In this document: piece after piece, positions 1 through 13,445 of the stretch
Layout of the letters: each line of letters begins with the position of its first letter
How positions within the stretch are numbered: position 1 is the stretch's first letter
Sequence record: CM040116.1
Strand: one strand, 5' to 3'
DNA length: 32,000 nt
Position numbers and translations under genes: made by a program
Notes under the pieces: model-generated
Told to the model about the DNA's origin: nothing
Seen by the model: only the letters and a program-made list of their open reading frames with translations
Databases searched by the model: none

Positions 1-1875
1 AATATCATAATAATCTTTTTTACTCTGAGTATCAGTTTTTTTATCTGATACAGATAAATCTAAATACTTAATAATTCCTCCTGTATTTGTACGATAAAGA
101 TTAGTAATTAATTCAGCTATTAATTGATTATTAATAATACATTGATTAGGTAAAACTTTTAGAATAAACTGATCCTGCTCTTTCGTGACTAAGAAATGAT
201 TCTTATATCCATTATAAAATTTTGTCACAACATCCAAATTAGTGTATGTTTTAGAAGATGTAATAATAACTATATCTTTTATAAGGTTTTCACTCTTCTT
301 TAAAATACGAATTTTACCATTATAACGAGTTACTAATTCAGTTTTTCCAATTAAATTGTTTTCATATATGAAATCATTTTCAGAAACCATTAATTGGGTC
401 CCATACGGAATAGTAAAAACATGTCCAGAAAGAATCCATATAACCCCCCCATTTACAACACTTTTAAAAGTATTTTGTTCATTTTGAACTTCATTTAAAG
501 ATAAATCTTTTAAATATATACTTCCAGAGAAATCTGCTAAAACAGCTTTTTGTGCTTTTTCTGTCGTAATTCTGTTAGTTATAGGATACTCAGCTATAAT
601 TTGTCCACGTTTTATAAAATCTAAATGCTGTACAAATAATAATGAGCCTTTAACTAAAGGTAAACTTGTTTGTCTTTTATCAATATCAATGAGTTTCAAT
701 TTAATATCTTTTTCTAACAAAAAAGCGTGATCACCATGACGAGTACGTGTATCACTTAAAATAATATTGCTTGGATATTCAACCTGACATTCAGAAGAAC
801 TAATAACAGTTTGTGCCAGCTCACCTGTAAAAACACCACCTGTATGAAATGTCCTCATAGTTAATTGAGTACCAGGCTCACCAATAGATTGAGCTGCAAT
901 AATACCAACGGCTTCTCCCAAATCTACAATCCGTCCATGAGCTAAATTCCATCCATAACATAATTGACATACTGATTTTATAGCATCACATGTAATAGGA
1001 GATCTAACCAACACACTAGATATACCTAAACCAACAATCTGATTAGCTAATTCAGGTGATATTTCTTTATTTGCTCTCGCTATTAACTTTCCATTAGCTA
1101 AATCAAAAAGATCTTCTGCTAATATACGACCTATCAAAGCTTGATTTAAAGAAATTAGAGTTTTTCTGTTATCTATCATAGCTTCTAATACAATACCTTT
1201 AGAAGTATTACAATCTGATTCTCTGATAATTACATCTTGCGCGACATCTACTAAGCGACGAGTCAAGTAACCTGAGTCTGCTGTACGCAAAGCTGTATCA
1301 ACCAGACCTTTTCTAGCACCATAAGAAGAAATGAAGTAATCTGTTACTGTTAAACCTTCCCTGAAATTACTTGATATAGGTAAATCAATAATTTGCCCTT
1401 GTGGATCTGCCATTAAGCCTCTCATACCCACTAATTGTCTGACTTGTGAAATATTAGCTCTTGCTCCAGAGAACGCCATCATATAAATAGAATTTAAAGG
1501 ATCTTTCTCTGTAAAATACTTAATTACCTGTTTTTTTAAAGTATCACTTGCACTATTCCATGTATCAATAACCTTTTGAAAACGTTCAACAGCTGTTATC
1601 TCTCCCCTTTTATATTTACTATCTGTATCATTTATTACTTTCATAGTAACATCAAGTAAATTGTTTTTAACAGGAGGAATCCGTAAGTCTTCTAAACTTA
1701 AAGATATGCCTGCTTTAGTTGCATATAAGAATCCTAAATCTTTCAAAGTATCTGCCATATTAGAGGCACGGGCTATGCCATAATTTCTAAAAGCCCACAT
1801 GATTAATTGTCTTAGTTGTGATTTATCTACAACTGTATTTAAAAACAATGGTTCTACAAACTTTTTTTGTGTCAT
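1..1875 (-). CDS. rpoC2: RNA polymerase beta'' subunit, N-terminal 625 codons; the gene runs past the window start
   Basis: ATG at 1873-1875 (minus strand). The frame stays open to position 1, which explains its absence from the ORF track. Hand translation gives MTQKKFVEPLFLNTVVDKSQLRQLIMWAFRNYG..., typical of the rpoC2 N-terminus. It lies directly downstream of rpoC1, as in plastid and cyanobacterial rpoB-C1-C2 operons. Confidence 0.9.
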   Translation of the reverse strand, partial: MTQKKFVEPLFLNTVVDKSQLRQLIMWAFRNYGIARASNMADTLKDLGFLYATKAGISLSLEDLRIPPVKNNLLDVTMKVINDTDSKYKRGEITAVERFQKVIDTWNSASDTLKKQVIKYFTEKDPLNSIYMMAFSGARANISQVRQLVGMRGLMADPQGQIIDLPISSNFREGLTVTDYFISSYGARKGLVDTALRTADSGYLTRRLVDVAQDVIIRESDCNTSKGIVLEAMIDNRKTLISLNQALIGRILAEDLFDLANGKLIARANKEISPELANQIVGLGISSVLVRSPITCDAIKSVCQLCYGWNLAHGRIVDLGEAVGIIAAQSIGEPGTQLTMRTFHTGGVFTGELAQTVISSSECQVEYPSNIILSDTRTRHGDHAFLLEKDIKLKLIDIDKRQTSLPLVKGSLLFVQHLDFIKRGQIIAEYPITNRITTEKAQKAVLADFSGSIYLKDLSLNEVQNEQNTFKSVVNGGVIWILSGHVFTIPYGTQLMVSENDFIYENNLIGKTELVTRYNGKIRILKKSENLIKDIVIITSSKTYTNLDVVTKFYNGYKNHFLVTKEQDQFILKVLPNQCIINNQLIAELITNLYRTNTGGIIKYLDLSVSDKKTDTQSKKDYYDI

Positions 1876-1911
1876 GTAATAAAATAAAAACAATAAATAA
1901 CTAAGCTGTAG

Positions 1912-3798
1912 TTAAATTAATGACTCTCTAATAGCTTTATTAAACAAAATACGTCCAGCCGTTGTACGAATATATTGAACTAATGTTTTACCATCTATAT
2001 CATACTTGACTATTTTATCAGTAAATATTTTAGTCGTAGTGCCATCACAATTTAGTTTTGATGAGATTACAGCCTGCTGAAATGAATCATCTACTGGACC
2101 ACTAAAGCGAACCCAAATCAAAGCATGCAAACTTATATTGTTATGCTGATATGCCATTAATACATCATCTAAATTAGCAAAATATTGATTAGAATTATTA
2201 ATAGCCGTTGGATTATAGGTTGTTAAGTAATAACAACCTAGAACCATATCTTGACTTGGCATTAAAATAGGCTGACCTGTTGCTGGAGACAAAAAATTAT
2301 GTGGTGCCAACATTAATAAACGTGCTTCTGCTTGAGCCTCTAAAGACAAAGGTATGTGTACAGCCATTTGATCACCATCAAAATCAGCATTAAATGCAGG
2401 ACAAACTAATGGATGTAATTTAATTGCTCTACCGTCTACTAAAATAGGTTCAAACGCTTGTATTCCTAACCTATGTAAAGTTGGAGCTCTATTCAATAAA
2501 ACAGGATGACCATATATCACTTCTTCTAATACGTTCCATACAATCGATTCATTTTTTTGAATAATCTTTTTAGCAGCTTTAATATTGTTAACTAAGCCTT
2601 GTAAAATTAGTCTATGAATTACAAAAGGTTGAAATAATTCTAAAGCCATTTCTTTGGGTAAACCACACTGATGCAATTTCAAATTAGGGCCAACAACAAT
2701 AACTGATCTACCAGAATAATCTACACGTTTTCCTAATAAATTCTGCCTGAACCTTCCTTGTTTACCTTCAATTATATCAGAAAGAGATTTTAAAGGACGA
2801 TTATTAGCTCCGATAACAGTTCGACCACGACGCCCATTATCCATTAAAGAATCTACTGCTTCTTGCAACATTCTTTTTTCATTTCTGATAATTATTTCAG
2901 GAGCTAATATCGCTTTAAGACGTGCTAAACGATTATTACGATTAATAATCCTTCTATAAAACTCATTTAAGTCAGCAGTTGCAAATCGTCCCCCATCTAA
3001 CTGTACCATAGGCCTTAAATCTGGTGGTATCACAGGAATTACAGATAAAACCATCCATGAAGGATCCGCGCCTGTTGCAAGAAAATTCTCTAATAAACGC
3101 AATCTCTTCATTTTTTTGTTAAATTTAGTAGATGGATTTTTGAATAATTTAGGCGGTTTTAATGATTCCTCTCTTAAAATCTCTACAGTATTCTTTAGAT
3201 CTATGTTATGTAATAATTTATAAATTGCTTCTGCTCCTATACCTACTTCAATATCAAATAAATTAGATGAATGAACAGATAATTTTTCTTCTAAGTTTCT
3301 CCATTCATAACCCTCTAATAGTTGCTTATAATTTAATTTATTGTAATTGCCTGGATTGATAACTACGTAAGAATGAAAATATACTATTTTCTCTAATTCT
3401 TTAACCGTTAAATCTAACGCTAAAGCAATATAGCTTGTACTTCCTTTTAAATACCAGACATGAGTTATAGGAGCAGACAACTCAATATATGCCATTCTAT
3501 GTCGTCTAACTTTTGATTCTGTTACTTCAACACCACAACGCTCACATACAACACCTTTATAACGAAATCTTTTATATTTACCACAATGACATTCCCAATC
3601 TTTCACAGGTCCAAAAATTCGTTCACAAAATAGACCATCCATTTCTGGCTTTAAAGTTCTATAGTTAATTGTTTCTGGTTTAGTTACTTCTCCAACAATT
3701 TGACCATTTGGAAGAACTCTTTCACCCCAACTTCGTATCTTACTAGGAGAAGCTAAACTAATTTTCACATAATCAAAATGATGATCGAATTTAGTCAT
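1912..3798 (-). CDS. rpoC1: RNA polymerase beta' subunit (N-terminal half equivalent)
   Basis: Zn-binding motif [20 protein letters not shown] and catalytic NADFDGD are present. I prefer the ATG at 3798 (MTKFDHH...). The track ORF starts at a TTG at 3807. Confidence 0.93.
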   Translation of the reverse strand: MTKFDHHFDYVKISLASPSKIRSWGERVLPNGQIVGEVTKPETINYRTLKPEMDGLFCERIFGPVKDWECHCGKYKRFRYKGVVCERCGVEVTESKVRRHRMAYIELSAPITHVWYLKGSTSYIALALDLTVKELEKIVYFHSYVVINPGNYNKLNYKQLLEGYEWRNLEEKLSVHSSNLFDIEVGIGAEAIYKLLHNIDLKNTVEILREESLKPPKLFKNPSTKFNKKMKRLRLLENFLATGADPSWMVLSVIPVIPPDLRPMVQLDGGRFATADLNEFYRRIINRNNRLARLKAILAPEIIIRNEKRMLQEAVDSLMDNGRRGRTVIGANNRPLKSLSDIIEGKQGRFRQNLLGKRVDYSGRSVIVVGPNLKLHQCGLPKEMALELFQPFVIHRLILQGLVNNIKAAKKIIQKNESIVWNVLEEVIYGHPVLLNRAPTLHRLGIQAFEPILVDGRAIKLHPLVCPAFNADFDGDQMAVHIPLSLEAQAEARLLMLAPHNFLSPATGQPILMPSQDMVLGCYYLTTYNPTAINNSNQYFANLDDVLMAYQHNNISLHALIWVRFSGPVDDSFQQAVISSKLNCDGTTTKIFTDKIVKYDIDGKTLVQYIRTTAGRILFNKAIRESLI

Positions 3799-3937
3799 GA
3801 GTAACAAATCAATAAAATAAATTATAATTTAGTAATTATTATATTTTTAAAATTACAACTAATCTTTATACGCTATATTAATCTTGAATTATAAAAGCTT
3901 TAATGTAAATAAAATTGCAATATATTTAGTGGAATTT

Positions 3938-6900
3938 TTAAACAGAACCTATTTTCTCTACATGTTCATCAGACATTAAATCAATTTCTATACTAGCTTT
4001 GTTTCCATCATCAAGTGATTCTATTTTGTGTACTGCAACATCAAGCGCTAATGACTGTAACTCTCTCATCAGAACTTTGAAAGATTCAGGAGTTCCTGGT
4101 TTAGGTATAGGCTTACCCTTAACTATTGCATTTAAAGCATCATTTCTCCCTTGCATATCATCTGATTTAACTGTCAATAATTCCTGCAAAGTATATGCTG
4201 CTCCAAATGCTTCTAATGCCCATACTTCCATCTCACCTAATCTTTGACCTCCATGCTGAGCACGCCCTCCTAAAGGCTGTTGTGTTACTAACGAGTAAGG
4301 ACCTGTAGAACGTGCATGAATTTTATCATCAACTAAATGAACAAGCTTGAGAATATATGCTTTACCAACAGTTACAGGATTGTCAAAGAATTCTCCTGTT
4401 CTCCCATCAATTAGCATAACTTTACCAGGATGCAAAGAATTAAATAACCAAGATGTATTAGCAATTAAACTGGCCTGTTGTAATTTATTATTTACTAAAG
4501 CGCGAGAAGCTTCTGAGCCATACATCTCATCAAAAGGTATAATCTTAAAACGCTTACCTAAATATGAGCCTGCCAAGCCAAGCAAACACTCAAATAATTG
4601 GCCTACATTCATTCTTGAAGGTACACCTAAAGGATTCAGAATAATATCTACAGGTGTACCATCTGGTAGAAAAGGCATATCTTGCACAGATAAAATTCGT
4701 GAAATAATACCTTTATTACCATGACGACCAGCCATCTTATCACCTACTTGAATTTTTCTTTTTTGAGCTACATAAACTCTTATAATTTCATTTGTTCCTG
4801 GTGGCAGCTCATCTCCTTTTTGACGTTGAAAAATTTTTATATTAACAACCCTACCCTTAGTAGCATTTGGTAATCTTAAAGAAGTATCACGTACATCCCT
4901 TGCTTTTTCACCGAATATAGCTCTTAGTAGTTTACCTTCTGGCAACTGATCTGATTCTCCTTTTGGTGTAACTTTACCTACTAATATATCTCCTGAATCC
5001 ACCCAAGAACCAATAGCAATTATACCATTTTTATCTAATAAACTAATTGATGATTCACTAACATTAGGAATATCTCTTGTGATTTCTTCTGAACCCAACT
5101 TTGTTTGTCGACATTCTAATTCATATCTTTCAATATGTATAGAAGTATATAAATCATCATATACAAGACGCTCACTAATTAAAAAAGCATCTTCATAATT
5201 ATAACCTTCCCAAGGCATATAAGCAACTATAATATTTCTGCCTAAAGCTATCTCTCCACCATCTGTTGATGCGCCATCTGCAATAGTTTGCCCTACAGAG
5301 ATATTTTCTCCTGGCCATACAATAGGTCTTTGATTAATACAAGTATCTTGATTAGAACGATAATATTTTTTCAATCTATAATGAATTGTATAACCATCAC
5401 TATTCTGTATGCCAATCTTTGTTCCAGATACATAACTAACAACACCATTAGTACGACTAGTAATAGTCATACCTGAATCTTTTGCTATTTTAGCTTCTAA
5501 ACCTGTACCAACAATAGATTTTTCTGGGAATAATAAAGGTACTGCCTGCCGCTGCATATTTGAACCCATTAAAGCTCTATTTGCATCATCATGCTCTAAA
5601 AAAGGAATTAAAGAAGTAGCAGCAGATATAAATTGAATAGGAGAAACAGCTATATAATCTACTTGATTAATACTAGCAGTGATAAACTCCTGCTTATATC
5701 TCACAGCAATTACATTATCTTTTATAAAATTATGAATATCTAAAATAATATCTGCCGGAGCTATACGTAAGTAATCTTCCTGATCAGCAGTTATATAATA
5801 AAGTTTATTGTTTTTTAACACTTGGCCATGAACAACTTTATAACATGGAGTTTCTATAAAACCATATCGATTCACTTTAGCATATATACTTAAAGAACCT
5901 ATCAAACCAGCATTTGGCCCTTCAGGCGTCTCTATTGGACATATACGGCCATAATGACTGGGATGCAAATCCCTGACAGCAAAACCTGCTCTATCTTTAT
6001 TCAGGCCTCCGGGGCCTAAAGCGCTGATTCTACGCTTATGAGTTAACTCAGATAGTGGATTTGTTTGATCCATAAATTGCGATAACTGACTAGAACTAAA
6101 AAATTCTCTAACCGACGCCATTAAAGGCTTAGGGTTAACTAAATTAGATAAACTTAAAGAATCAAGATCACAAATCATCATACGCTCACGTATGATTCTT
6201 TCGAGTCTGTTTAAACCTATACGTACTTGGTTTTGAAGTAATTCTCCAACTGATCTAACTCTCCTGTTTCCCAAATGATCTATATCATCAAAAGTTCCAA
6301 TATTTTGCTCTTTTATATTAAGTAAATAATCTAAAGAAACCAAAATATCTTCTGTAGATAAAACACGAAAATTATTAGAAACTTTTAAATTTAATTTTTG
6401 ATTAACTTTATGTCTACCTACCTCACCTAAATCATACCTTTTGGGATCAAAAAAGCGCGTATATAGTATCTGTTTTGCAACAGTCAAAGTAGCTGGTTCA
6501 TTAGGACGCAACTTACTGTAAACAATCACTAATGCTTCTTCTTCAGTGATTTGATCAATAGAAACACGATCTATATCTTTACTAAATTCTTTTCTATAAT
6601 AACTCAATGAAGAATCAATAAGATAATTATATTTTGTTAATCTACTCTTAATATCATCATTGGTTAAGCCTATGGCTCGTAAAAAAATATATGCATTTAC
6701 TTTATGATTTTTATCAATTTTTGCCCAAATTTGAGCTTTTGCATCTATTTCAAACTTCAGCCAAGAGCCACGATTAGAAATTAGACTACAGCTATATATT
6801 TGTTTGTTATTTTTATCTAACTCTTTTTTATAGTAAACTCCTGGACTTCTAACTATTTGGTTAATAATGATTCTTTCCGTACCAGAAATGACAAAAGTAC

Positions 6901-7296
6901 CTCGATTGGTCATTAACGGAAGATCACCTATAAATACAGGCCTTTTTCTATATTTTCTATTTACATCTTGAGAACTCACTAAATATGAGAAACTTTTATT
7001 ATTCGATACATTTTCTCTAATCAATTCTGTATCTTTTCTAGTCAATTTTGCAGGTATATATATTTGAGCACTATATGTTCTATCTCTACTTTTTGCTTTT
7101 CTTACACTATATCTTGGAAATTTTAATTTATAATCTTTACCAAAAAATTGCAATTCTAATTTGCCTGTTGGATCAACAATAAGAGGAAAAGAATTTAGTA
7201 CTTCAGATAATCCTTCCAATAAAAAGTATTTAAAACTTTCTTTTTGAATAGCTGCTAAATCTGGAAATACATATTGAAACATTGTTTCTTGTGACA
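3938..7296 (-). CDS. rpoB: RNA polymerase beta subunit
   Basis: The roughly 1120-aa ORF carries conserved beta-subunit blocks ([45 protein letters not shown]). I prefer the ATG at 7296 (MSQETMFQY...). The track start at 7309 is a GTG. Confidence 0.93.
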
Positions 7297-7440
7297 TTAA
7301 TAACCTCACAATTTTAAAATTTACTTCTTATAAAAGCTAATAATTTGAATCTACAATATTTTTGAATGAATACAGAAATGATACTAAAAATAGTATATAG
7401 ATATATTCAATATTCAATATACAATAAGCATATGAAAAAT

Positions 7441-7484
7441 TTACTGAAATAAATAATGGAAAATCTGAAAGTTAATTTCAGTAA
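7441..7484. terminator. Stem-loop (10-bp perfect stem TTACTGAAAT/ATTTCAGTAA, 24-nt loop), 36 nt downstream of rps20 and upstream of rpoB
   Basis: I checked the pairing of 7441-7450 with 7475-7484 base by base. A role as a 3'-end or processing element is inferred from position only. Confidence 0.35.
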
Positions 7485-7519
7485 TCGAAAATTAACAAAA
7501 ATTCAGAAACTTAAATCGT

Positions 7520-7807
7520 TTATATATTTTGAGACATAAAATCCTTCATAGCCTTAGCAAGAATAGATTTTTTGCGAGAACCATTATTTTTATGCAAAAC
7601 CCCTTTACTTACAGCTTGATCTATTTTCTTATAAAGAACTGATAATTGTAGGATATGATCACTACTCTGATTTAAAATTAGTGTATTATTTAAACTCAAG
7701 ATATATTTTTTAGTTAGAGTTTTAATAACAGACTTATAACTTTTGTTTCTACATTTATTACGTAAAGATATTTGATTTTTTTTAACAGCGGATATATTCT
7801 TAGACAT
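7520..7807 (-). CDS. rps20: 30S ribosomal protein S20
   Basis: 95-aa basic protein MSKNISAVKKNQISLRNKCRNKSYKS... with the usual S20 N-terminal pattern. It sits upstream of rpoB. Confidence 0.85.
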   Translation of the reverse strand: MSKNISAVKKNQISLRNKCRNKSYKSVIKTLTKKYILSLNNTLILNQSSDHILQLSVLYKKIDQAVSKGVLHKNNGSRKKSILAKAMKDFMSQNI

Positions 7808-7998
7808 CGCTATATAATTGTATAATATTAATTAACAGTATATAATTCATTGAGATTTAATTTTCAATCTAATTGGATTATAGCATTAATTAATATAAAT
7901 AAACAAGAATATGTAACTGTATATTAATAATATTCCATACATAAAAATGTAAATATCATACCAAGTTAACATTAAAACTATATAATAATTAATTAGAC

Positions 7999-8028
7999 TT
8001 GATAGCATCACCTAAATTATGACATAAT
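7999..8028 (+). promoter_or_regulatory. Candidate sigma70-type (plastid-encoded polymerase) promoter for rpl33-rps18
   Basis: TTGATA (7999-8004), an 18-nt spacer, then CATAAT (8023-8028), about 30 nt upstream of the rpl33 ATG. Such matches occur easily by chance in AT-rich DNA. Confidence 0.25.
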
Positions 8029-8058
8029 AGTCTTAGATTATAATTATTGAACAAGATT

Positions 8059-8256
8059 ATGGGTAAAAATAAAGGAGCACGTATAGTAATAACACTGGAA
8101 TGTTCCTGTCGAAATTTAACAAATACAAACAAAAGAAGAAAAGGAATATTTCGTTATACTAGTACAAAAAACAGAAAAAACACACCAAGTAGAATAGAAT
8201 TAATGAAATTCTGTCCTACTTGTAATAAGCACGATAAGTTTAAAGAAATGAAATGA
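8059..8256 (+). CDS. rpl33: 50S ribosomal protein L33
   Basis: [17 protein letters not shown]...FCPTCNKH is a four-Cys zinc-ribbon form of L33. I prefer the ATG at 8059 over the TTG at 8047. Confidence 0.88.
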   Translation: MGKNKGARIVITLECSCRNLTNTNKRRKGIFRYTSTKNRKNTPSRIELMKFCPTCNKHDKFKEMK

Positions 8257-8465
8257 TATTATACAAACAAAAAAATTTAAATATTAAACCAAATGAACAA
8301 ATTAATTACAAAGACATAGATTTACTACGTAAATTTATAACAGATCAAAGTAAAATTGTCTCTAGGCGCTCAAATGGTTTAACAGTCAAACAGCAAAAAC
8401 AGTTAGCAAAATCAATAAAGAGAGCACGTATTTTAGCATTGCTACCTTTTATAAATAAAGATTGA
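8253..8465 (+). CDS. rps18: 30S ribosomal protein S18
   Basis: 70 aa, with [50 protein letters not shown] as the S18 core. Its start overlaps the rpl33 stop (ATGA). Confidence 0.9.
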   Translation: MILYKQKNLNIKPNEQINYKDIDLLRKFITDQSKIVSRRSNGLTVKQQKQLAKSIKRARILALLPFINKD

Positions 8466-8480
8466 CAACAACAATATACT

Positions 8481-8515
8481 AAATATTAAGATATTATAAA
8501 TGTATCTTAATATTT
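8481..8515. terminator. Stem-loop between convergent rps18 and infB (13-bp perfect stem, 9-nt loop)
   Basis: AAATATTAAGATA (8481-8493) pairs perfectly with TATCTTAATATTT (8503-8515). It lies 16 nt after the rps18 stop and 7 nt after the infB stop. Confidence 0.5.
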
Positions 8516-8521
8516 TTATAC

Positions 8522-10678
8522 TTATAAGATTTTAGATTTTTCATACAATTCATAAACTTCTATTAGGTCTTTTGGTTGCCATAAACTATAATCTTTACAC
8601 ATTATGCCACATTCATTACCTGTGACAACTTCTTCCACATCATCTTTCATACGTTTTAATGAATCAAGAACACCTTCATAAATTAATTGATCTTCACGAT
8701 AGACATTTATCAAAGCATTTTTTTTCAACTTACCTGATTTCACTATACAACCTGCTACAGTTCCTTTATTTACAAAAAATGTAGTTTGAACTTTAGCTTG
8801 ACCAATTAATAATTTATCATATTCAGGATCAATTAGATCCAACATATAATTTTTAACATAATCTATTAAATCGTAAATAAGAACGAATTTACATAAATGC
8901 ACATTTAATTTTTCTGCGGCATTCAATATATTAGTAGCAATATTTATATTGAAAGCTATAATTAGAGCTTGAGTATTAAAAGCTAAATCAAGATCTGTGC
9001 TAGAAACAACTCCTAAACTAGAAGTAAGAATATTTAATTTAATTTTATTTTGAGGAATTTGAAGAAATGAATTAATTATAGCATCAATAGTTCCTTGTGT
9101 ATCTGCTTTTATAATTAAATTCAAGTTTTTAATACTTGTTTTATTATTATAATTGTATGATTTAAGATGCGAATTTAATAAATTTTTTGTATTGTCTATA
9201 ATACTAAACGAACTATTTTCTATCATCAACTTTTTTGCTTCTTTTTCAGTATGCACTACACTAAAATATTTTCCCGATTGTGGAATAGAAGAAAAACCTA
9301 ACACTTGTAAAATAGAAGAAGGTTCTGCTATCAATAGTTCATGACCTAAGTTATTTACAATTTTTTTTACACGCCCATAAGAATTGTCTGATACTATAAT
9401 ATCGCCAACCTTCAAAGTACCATTTAAAATAATCGTATTAACTACTGTACCTTTGGTTTTATCTAAATAAGCTTCTAAAATAATACCTTGAGCTAATTGC
9501 TTAGGATCAGCAGCTAAATTAATGGATTCTCCTAAAGTAGAAACAGCCGTTAATAATCTATCTATATTTATTTTCTTTAATGCACTAATTTCAACAAATG
9601 TAATCTCACCTCCCCAATCGGTACTTATAATATTATAATTTGCTAATTGCTCACGAATTTTAGCAAGATTAACATCTATTTTATCAATTTTATTAATAGC
9701 AACAATGTAAGGAAGCTTTTTAGAGACAATATAGTCAATTGCTTCAATAGTCTGAGGCTTTAAACCATCATCAGCAGCAACAATTAAAATTACTATATCA
9801 GTAATTTGAGCACAGCGTAGTCTCATATTAGAAAAAGCTTCATGACCTGGTGTATCAATAAAAATCAATTTTTTATTTAGTGAATCATATGAATAATTTA
9901 CCTCATAAGCACTTATGGATTGTGTTATTCCACCTATTTCCTTGCTTACAAAATCCGTATTTCGAATAGCATCTAATAAAGATGTTTTACCATGATCTAC
10001 ATGACCTAAAATTGTAATGATAGGAGCTCTATTAATACATGTAGAAGATTTCACTTCTTGCAATTTATTCAGTTGGCCCAAATCTAATTTATGTTTTTGA
10101 TTTAAAGCCGTAAAATTATATTTTTGAGCGACCTGAATTGCTGTAGATACATCTACTATTTGATTAACTGTAACAGAAACACCTTGTAAAAATAAACCCG
10201 TAATAATTTCTGCAGGTGGTATTTGAAGTTTTATCGACAATTGCTCAATACTTAATGGACTATCTATAATTACAGATTTATCATCTTTATTAATATCTAC
10301 ATTAACACTTAACTTCCGTTTAACTCGTTCCTTCTTTTTTTGCTTATTGGATTTTATAGATCCTGCACCTGTATTATCTAAGTCATCGTGAGTATTAACT
10401 ACTAATTTACTTTTATTTTTTTTCTTAAAAATATTGTATTGATCTTGATCTGAATCAATAATATCTACCTTTTTTTTCTTTAATTTACTTTTACCATCTT
10501 GCTTAAATACATTTTTTGTTTTCTTTTCAAATTTTAGATTAAAGTCTGAATTCTTAATAGTACTTTTTGTTTCTAATGAAGACTGAAAATCTTGATCCAA
10601 TGGAATATCTATTAATCTTAAACTATTAATAAATTTAGGATTCTGCAATAAAAAAGCATTTTCATTTTTTATAGACAT
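8522..10678 (-). CDS. infB: Translation initiation factor IF-2
   Basis: GTPase motifs GHVDHGKTSLLD, DTPGHEAF and NKID are present, with a Lys-rich low-complexity N-terminus. I prefer the ATG at 10678 (MSIKNENAF...) over the upstream track start at 10744. Confidence 0.9.
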   Translation of the reverse strand: MSIKNENAFLLQNPKFINSLRLIDIPLDQDFQSSLETKSTIKNSDFNLKFEKKTKNVFKQDGKSKLKKKKVDIIDSDQDQYNIFKKKNKSKLVVNTHDDLDNTGAGSIKSNKQKKKERVKRKLSVNVDINKDDKSVIIDSPLSIEQLSIKLQIPPAEIITGLFLQGVSVTVNQIVDVSTAIQVAQKYNFTALNQKHKLDLGQLNKLQEVKSSTCINRAPIITILGHVDHGKTSLLDAIRNTDFVSKEIGGITQSISAYEVNYSYDSLNKKLIFIDTPGHEAFSNMRLRCAQITDIVILIVAADDGLKPQTIEAIDYIVSKKLPYIVAINKIDKIDVNLAKIREQLANYNIISTDWGGEITFVEISALKKINIDRLLTAVSTLGESINLAADPKQLAQGIILEAYLDKTKGTVVNTIILNGTLKVGDIIVSDNSYGRVKKIVNNLGHELLIAEPSSILQVLGFSSIPQSGKYFSVVHTEKEAKKLMIENSSFSIIDNTKNLLNSHLKSYNYNNKTSIKNLNLIIKADTQGTIDAIINSFLQIPQNKIKLNILTSSLGVVSSTDLDLAFNTQALIIAFNINIATNILNAAEKLNVHLCKFVLIYDLIDYVKNYMLDLIDPEYDKLLIGQAKVQTTFFVNKGTVAGCIVKSGKLKKNALINVYREDQLIYEGVLDSLKRMKDDVEEVVTGNECGIMCKDYSLWQPKDLIEVYELYEKSKIL

Positions 10679-10903
10679 AAACAAACTAAAATCAACAACA
10701 CAATTATAATACAACAATATATTCCCCCTTATAATTATAATCAATAAATATTAAACTATTATTTAATATTAATACATATTAAATAAATATTTTTTCTATA
10801 GAAGAAATAAAGCATAATTTTTAGCTTATATAATAACAATAATCAAAACATATGTATAAATTATTATAAGAGTATACAATCACAATTAAACATAGGGAAC
10901 ATT

Positions 10904-11416
10904 ATGCCTCGCTTACAAAAAAATGATAATTTTATAGACAAAACCTTTACTGTATTAGCAGATATAATTTTAAAGATACTACCTACTACAAAAGAAGAAA
11001 AACAAGCTTTTTGTTATTATCGGGATGGTATGTCAGCTCAATCAGAAGGAGAATATGCAGAAGCTTTAGAAAATTATTATGAGGCACTAATATTAGAAGA
11101 AGATCCATATGATAGATCATACATAATATATAACATTGGACTAATTTATGCAAGCAATGGTGAACATACTAAAGCATTGGAATATTACCATCAAGCTTTA
11201 GAATTAAATCCTAGATTACCACAGGTATTTAATAATATCGCCATTATATATCATTATCAAGGTTTAAAAGCAGCCGATAAACAAGATGACAACATGGCAA
11301 AGTCTATGTTTGACAAGGCAGCAGAATATTGGAAGCAAGCTATTTACTTAGCACCTAATAACTACATAGAAGCTCAAAATTGGTTAAAAACGACAGGTAG
11401 ATTAAATAATAGCTAA
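10904..11416 (+). CDS. ycf3: Photosystem I assembly protein Ycf3 (TPR protein)
   Basis: 170 aa, [28 protein letters not shown]...[28 protein letters not shown]..., with TPR repeats and the characteristic Ycf3 N-terminus. Confidence 0.92.
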   Translation: MPRLQKNDNFIDKTFTVLADIILKILPTTKEEKQAFCYYRDGMSAQSEGEYAEALENYYEALILEEDPYDRSYIIYNIGLIYASNGEHTKALEYYHQALELNPRLPQVFNNIAIIYHYQGLKAADKQDDNMAKSMFDKAAEYWKQAIYLAPNNYIEAQNWLKTTGRLNNS

Positions 11417-11565
11417 TATATATTCATTTATTATATTTCACAATTCTTGTTAAAAAATCTTATTTCCATCTATGATTATATTTTTATAATTATATTATAG
11501 TTAATATGACTTGACTATACTATAATATAATCAATCATTAAAGAAATTACGTTCATTTACTATAA

Positions 11566-13008
<1,443 letters not shown>

Positions 13009-13021
13009 CCAAATTATAAAA

Positions 13022-13426
13022 ATGACATTAAATATACGCGTTATTGCACCAGATAGAACTGTCTGGGATGCAAATGCAGAAGAAGTGATTTTACCTAGTA
13101 GTACTGGGCAAGTAGGAATATTAAAAGGACATATTCCTTTACTTACAGCCATAGATATAGGTGTTATGCGTGTACGTATTGAAAAAGAATGGCAACCTAT
13201 TATATTACTTGGAGGATTTGCTGAAGTTAAAGACAATAATATTACTATTTTAGTTAATGGAGCAGAAGAAGTATCAAAGATAGACATAAAGGCAGCACAA
13301 GAAAATTTAGACAAAGCTACTAAGATTTTAAACGAAGCTAAAAATAATAAAGATAAAATTGAAGCTACACAGAATCTAAGAAAAGCACGTGCCCGTATAC
13401 AAGCAGCTAATGTATTAAATAATTAA
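13022..13426 (+). CDS. atpE: ATP synthase CF1 epsilon subunit
   Basis: 134 aa, MTLNIRVIAPDRTVWDANAEEVILPSSTGQVGILKGHIPLLTAIDIG. It starts 13 nt after atpB. Confidence 0.93.
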   Translation: MTLNIRVIAPDRTVWDANAEEVILPSSTGQVGILKGHIPLLTAIDIGVMRVRIEKEWQPIILLGGFAEVKDNNITILVNGAEEVSKIDIKAAQENLDKATKILNEAKNNKDKIEATQNLRKARARIQAANVLNN

Positions 13427-13445
13427 AGTCTATGAGCAATAAAAT

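Noticed and set aside
3999-5476. Plus-strand ORFs of 62-125 aa (3999-4247, 4347-4724, 5288-5476) inside rpoB
   Set aside because: They lie entirely antisense to a strongly supported conserved gene. Their products are low-complexity Ser/Pro/Ile-rich with no recognisable motifs. This is a typical antisense-frame artefact.
7403-7420. Short tandem repeat ATATTCA x2.5 in the rps20/rpoB spacer
   Set aside because: It is only 18 nt in an AT-rich spacer, consistent with chance or slippage, and shows no wider periodicity.
9153-9344. 63-aa plus-strand ORF inside infB
   Set aside because: Antisense to infB, with no motif and no start context.
11447-11531. Several -35/-10-like hexamers upstream of atpB (TTGTTA + 18 nt + TATGAT at 11447-11476; TTGACT at 11511-11516 with TATAAT copies only 4-9 nt away)
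   Set aside because: The spacing is wrong or the hexamers are weak. TATAAT-like strings are abundant by chance at this base composition, so these cannot be supported as promoters.
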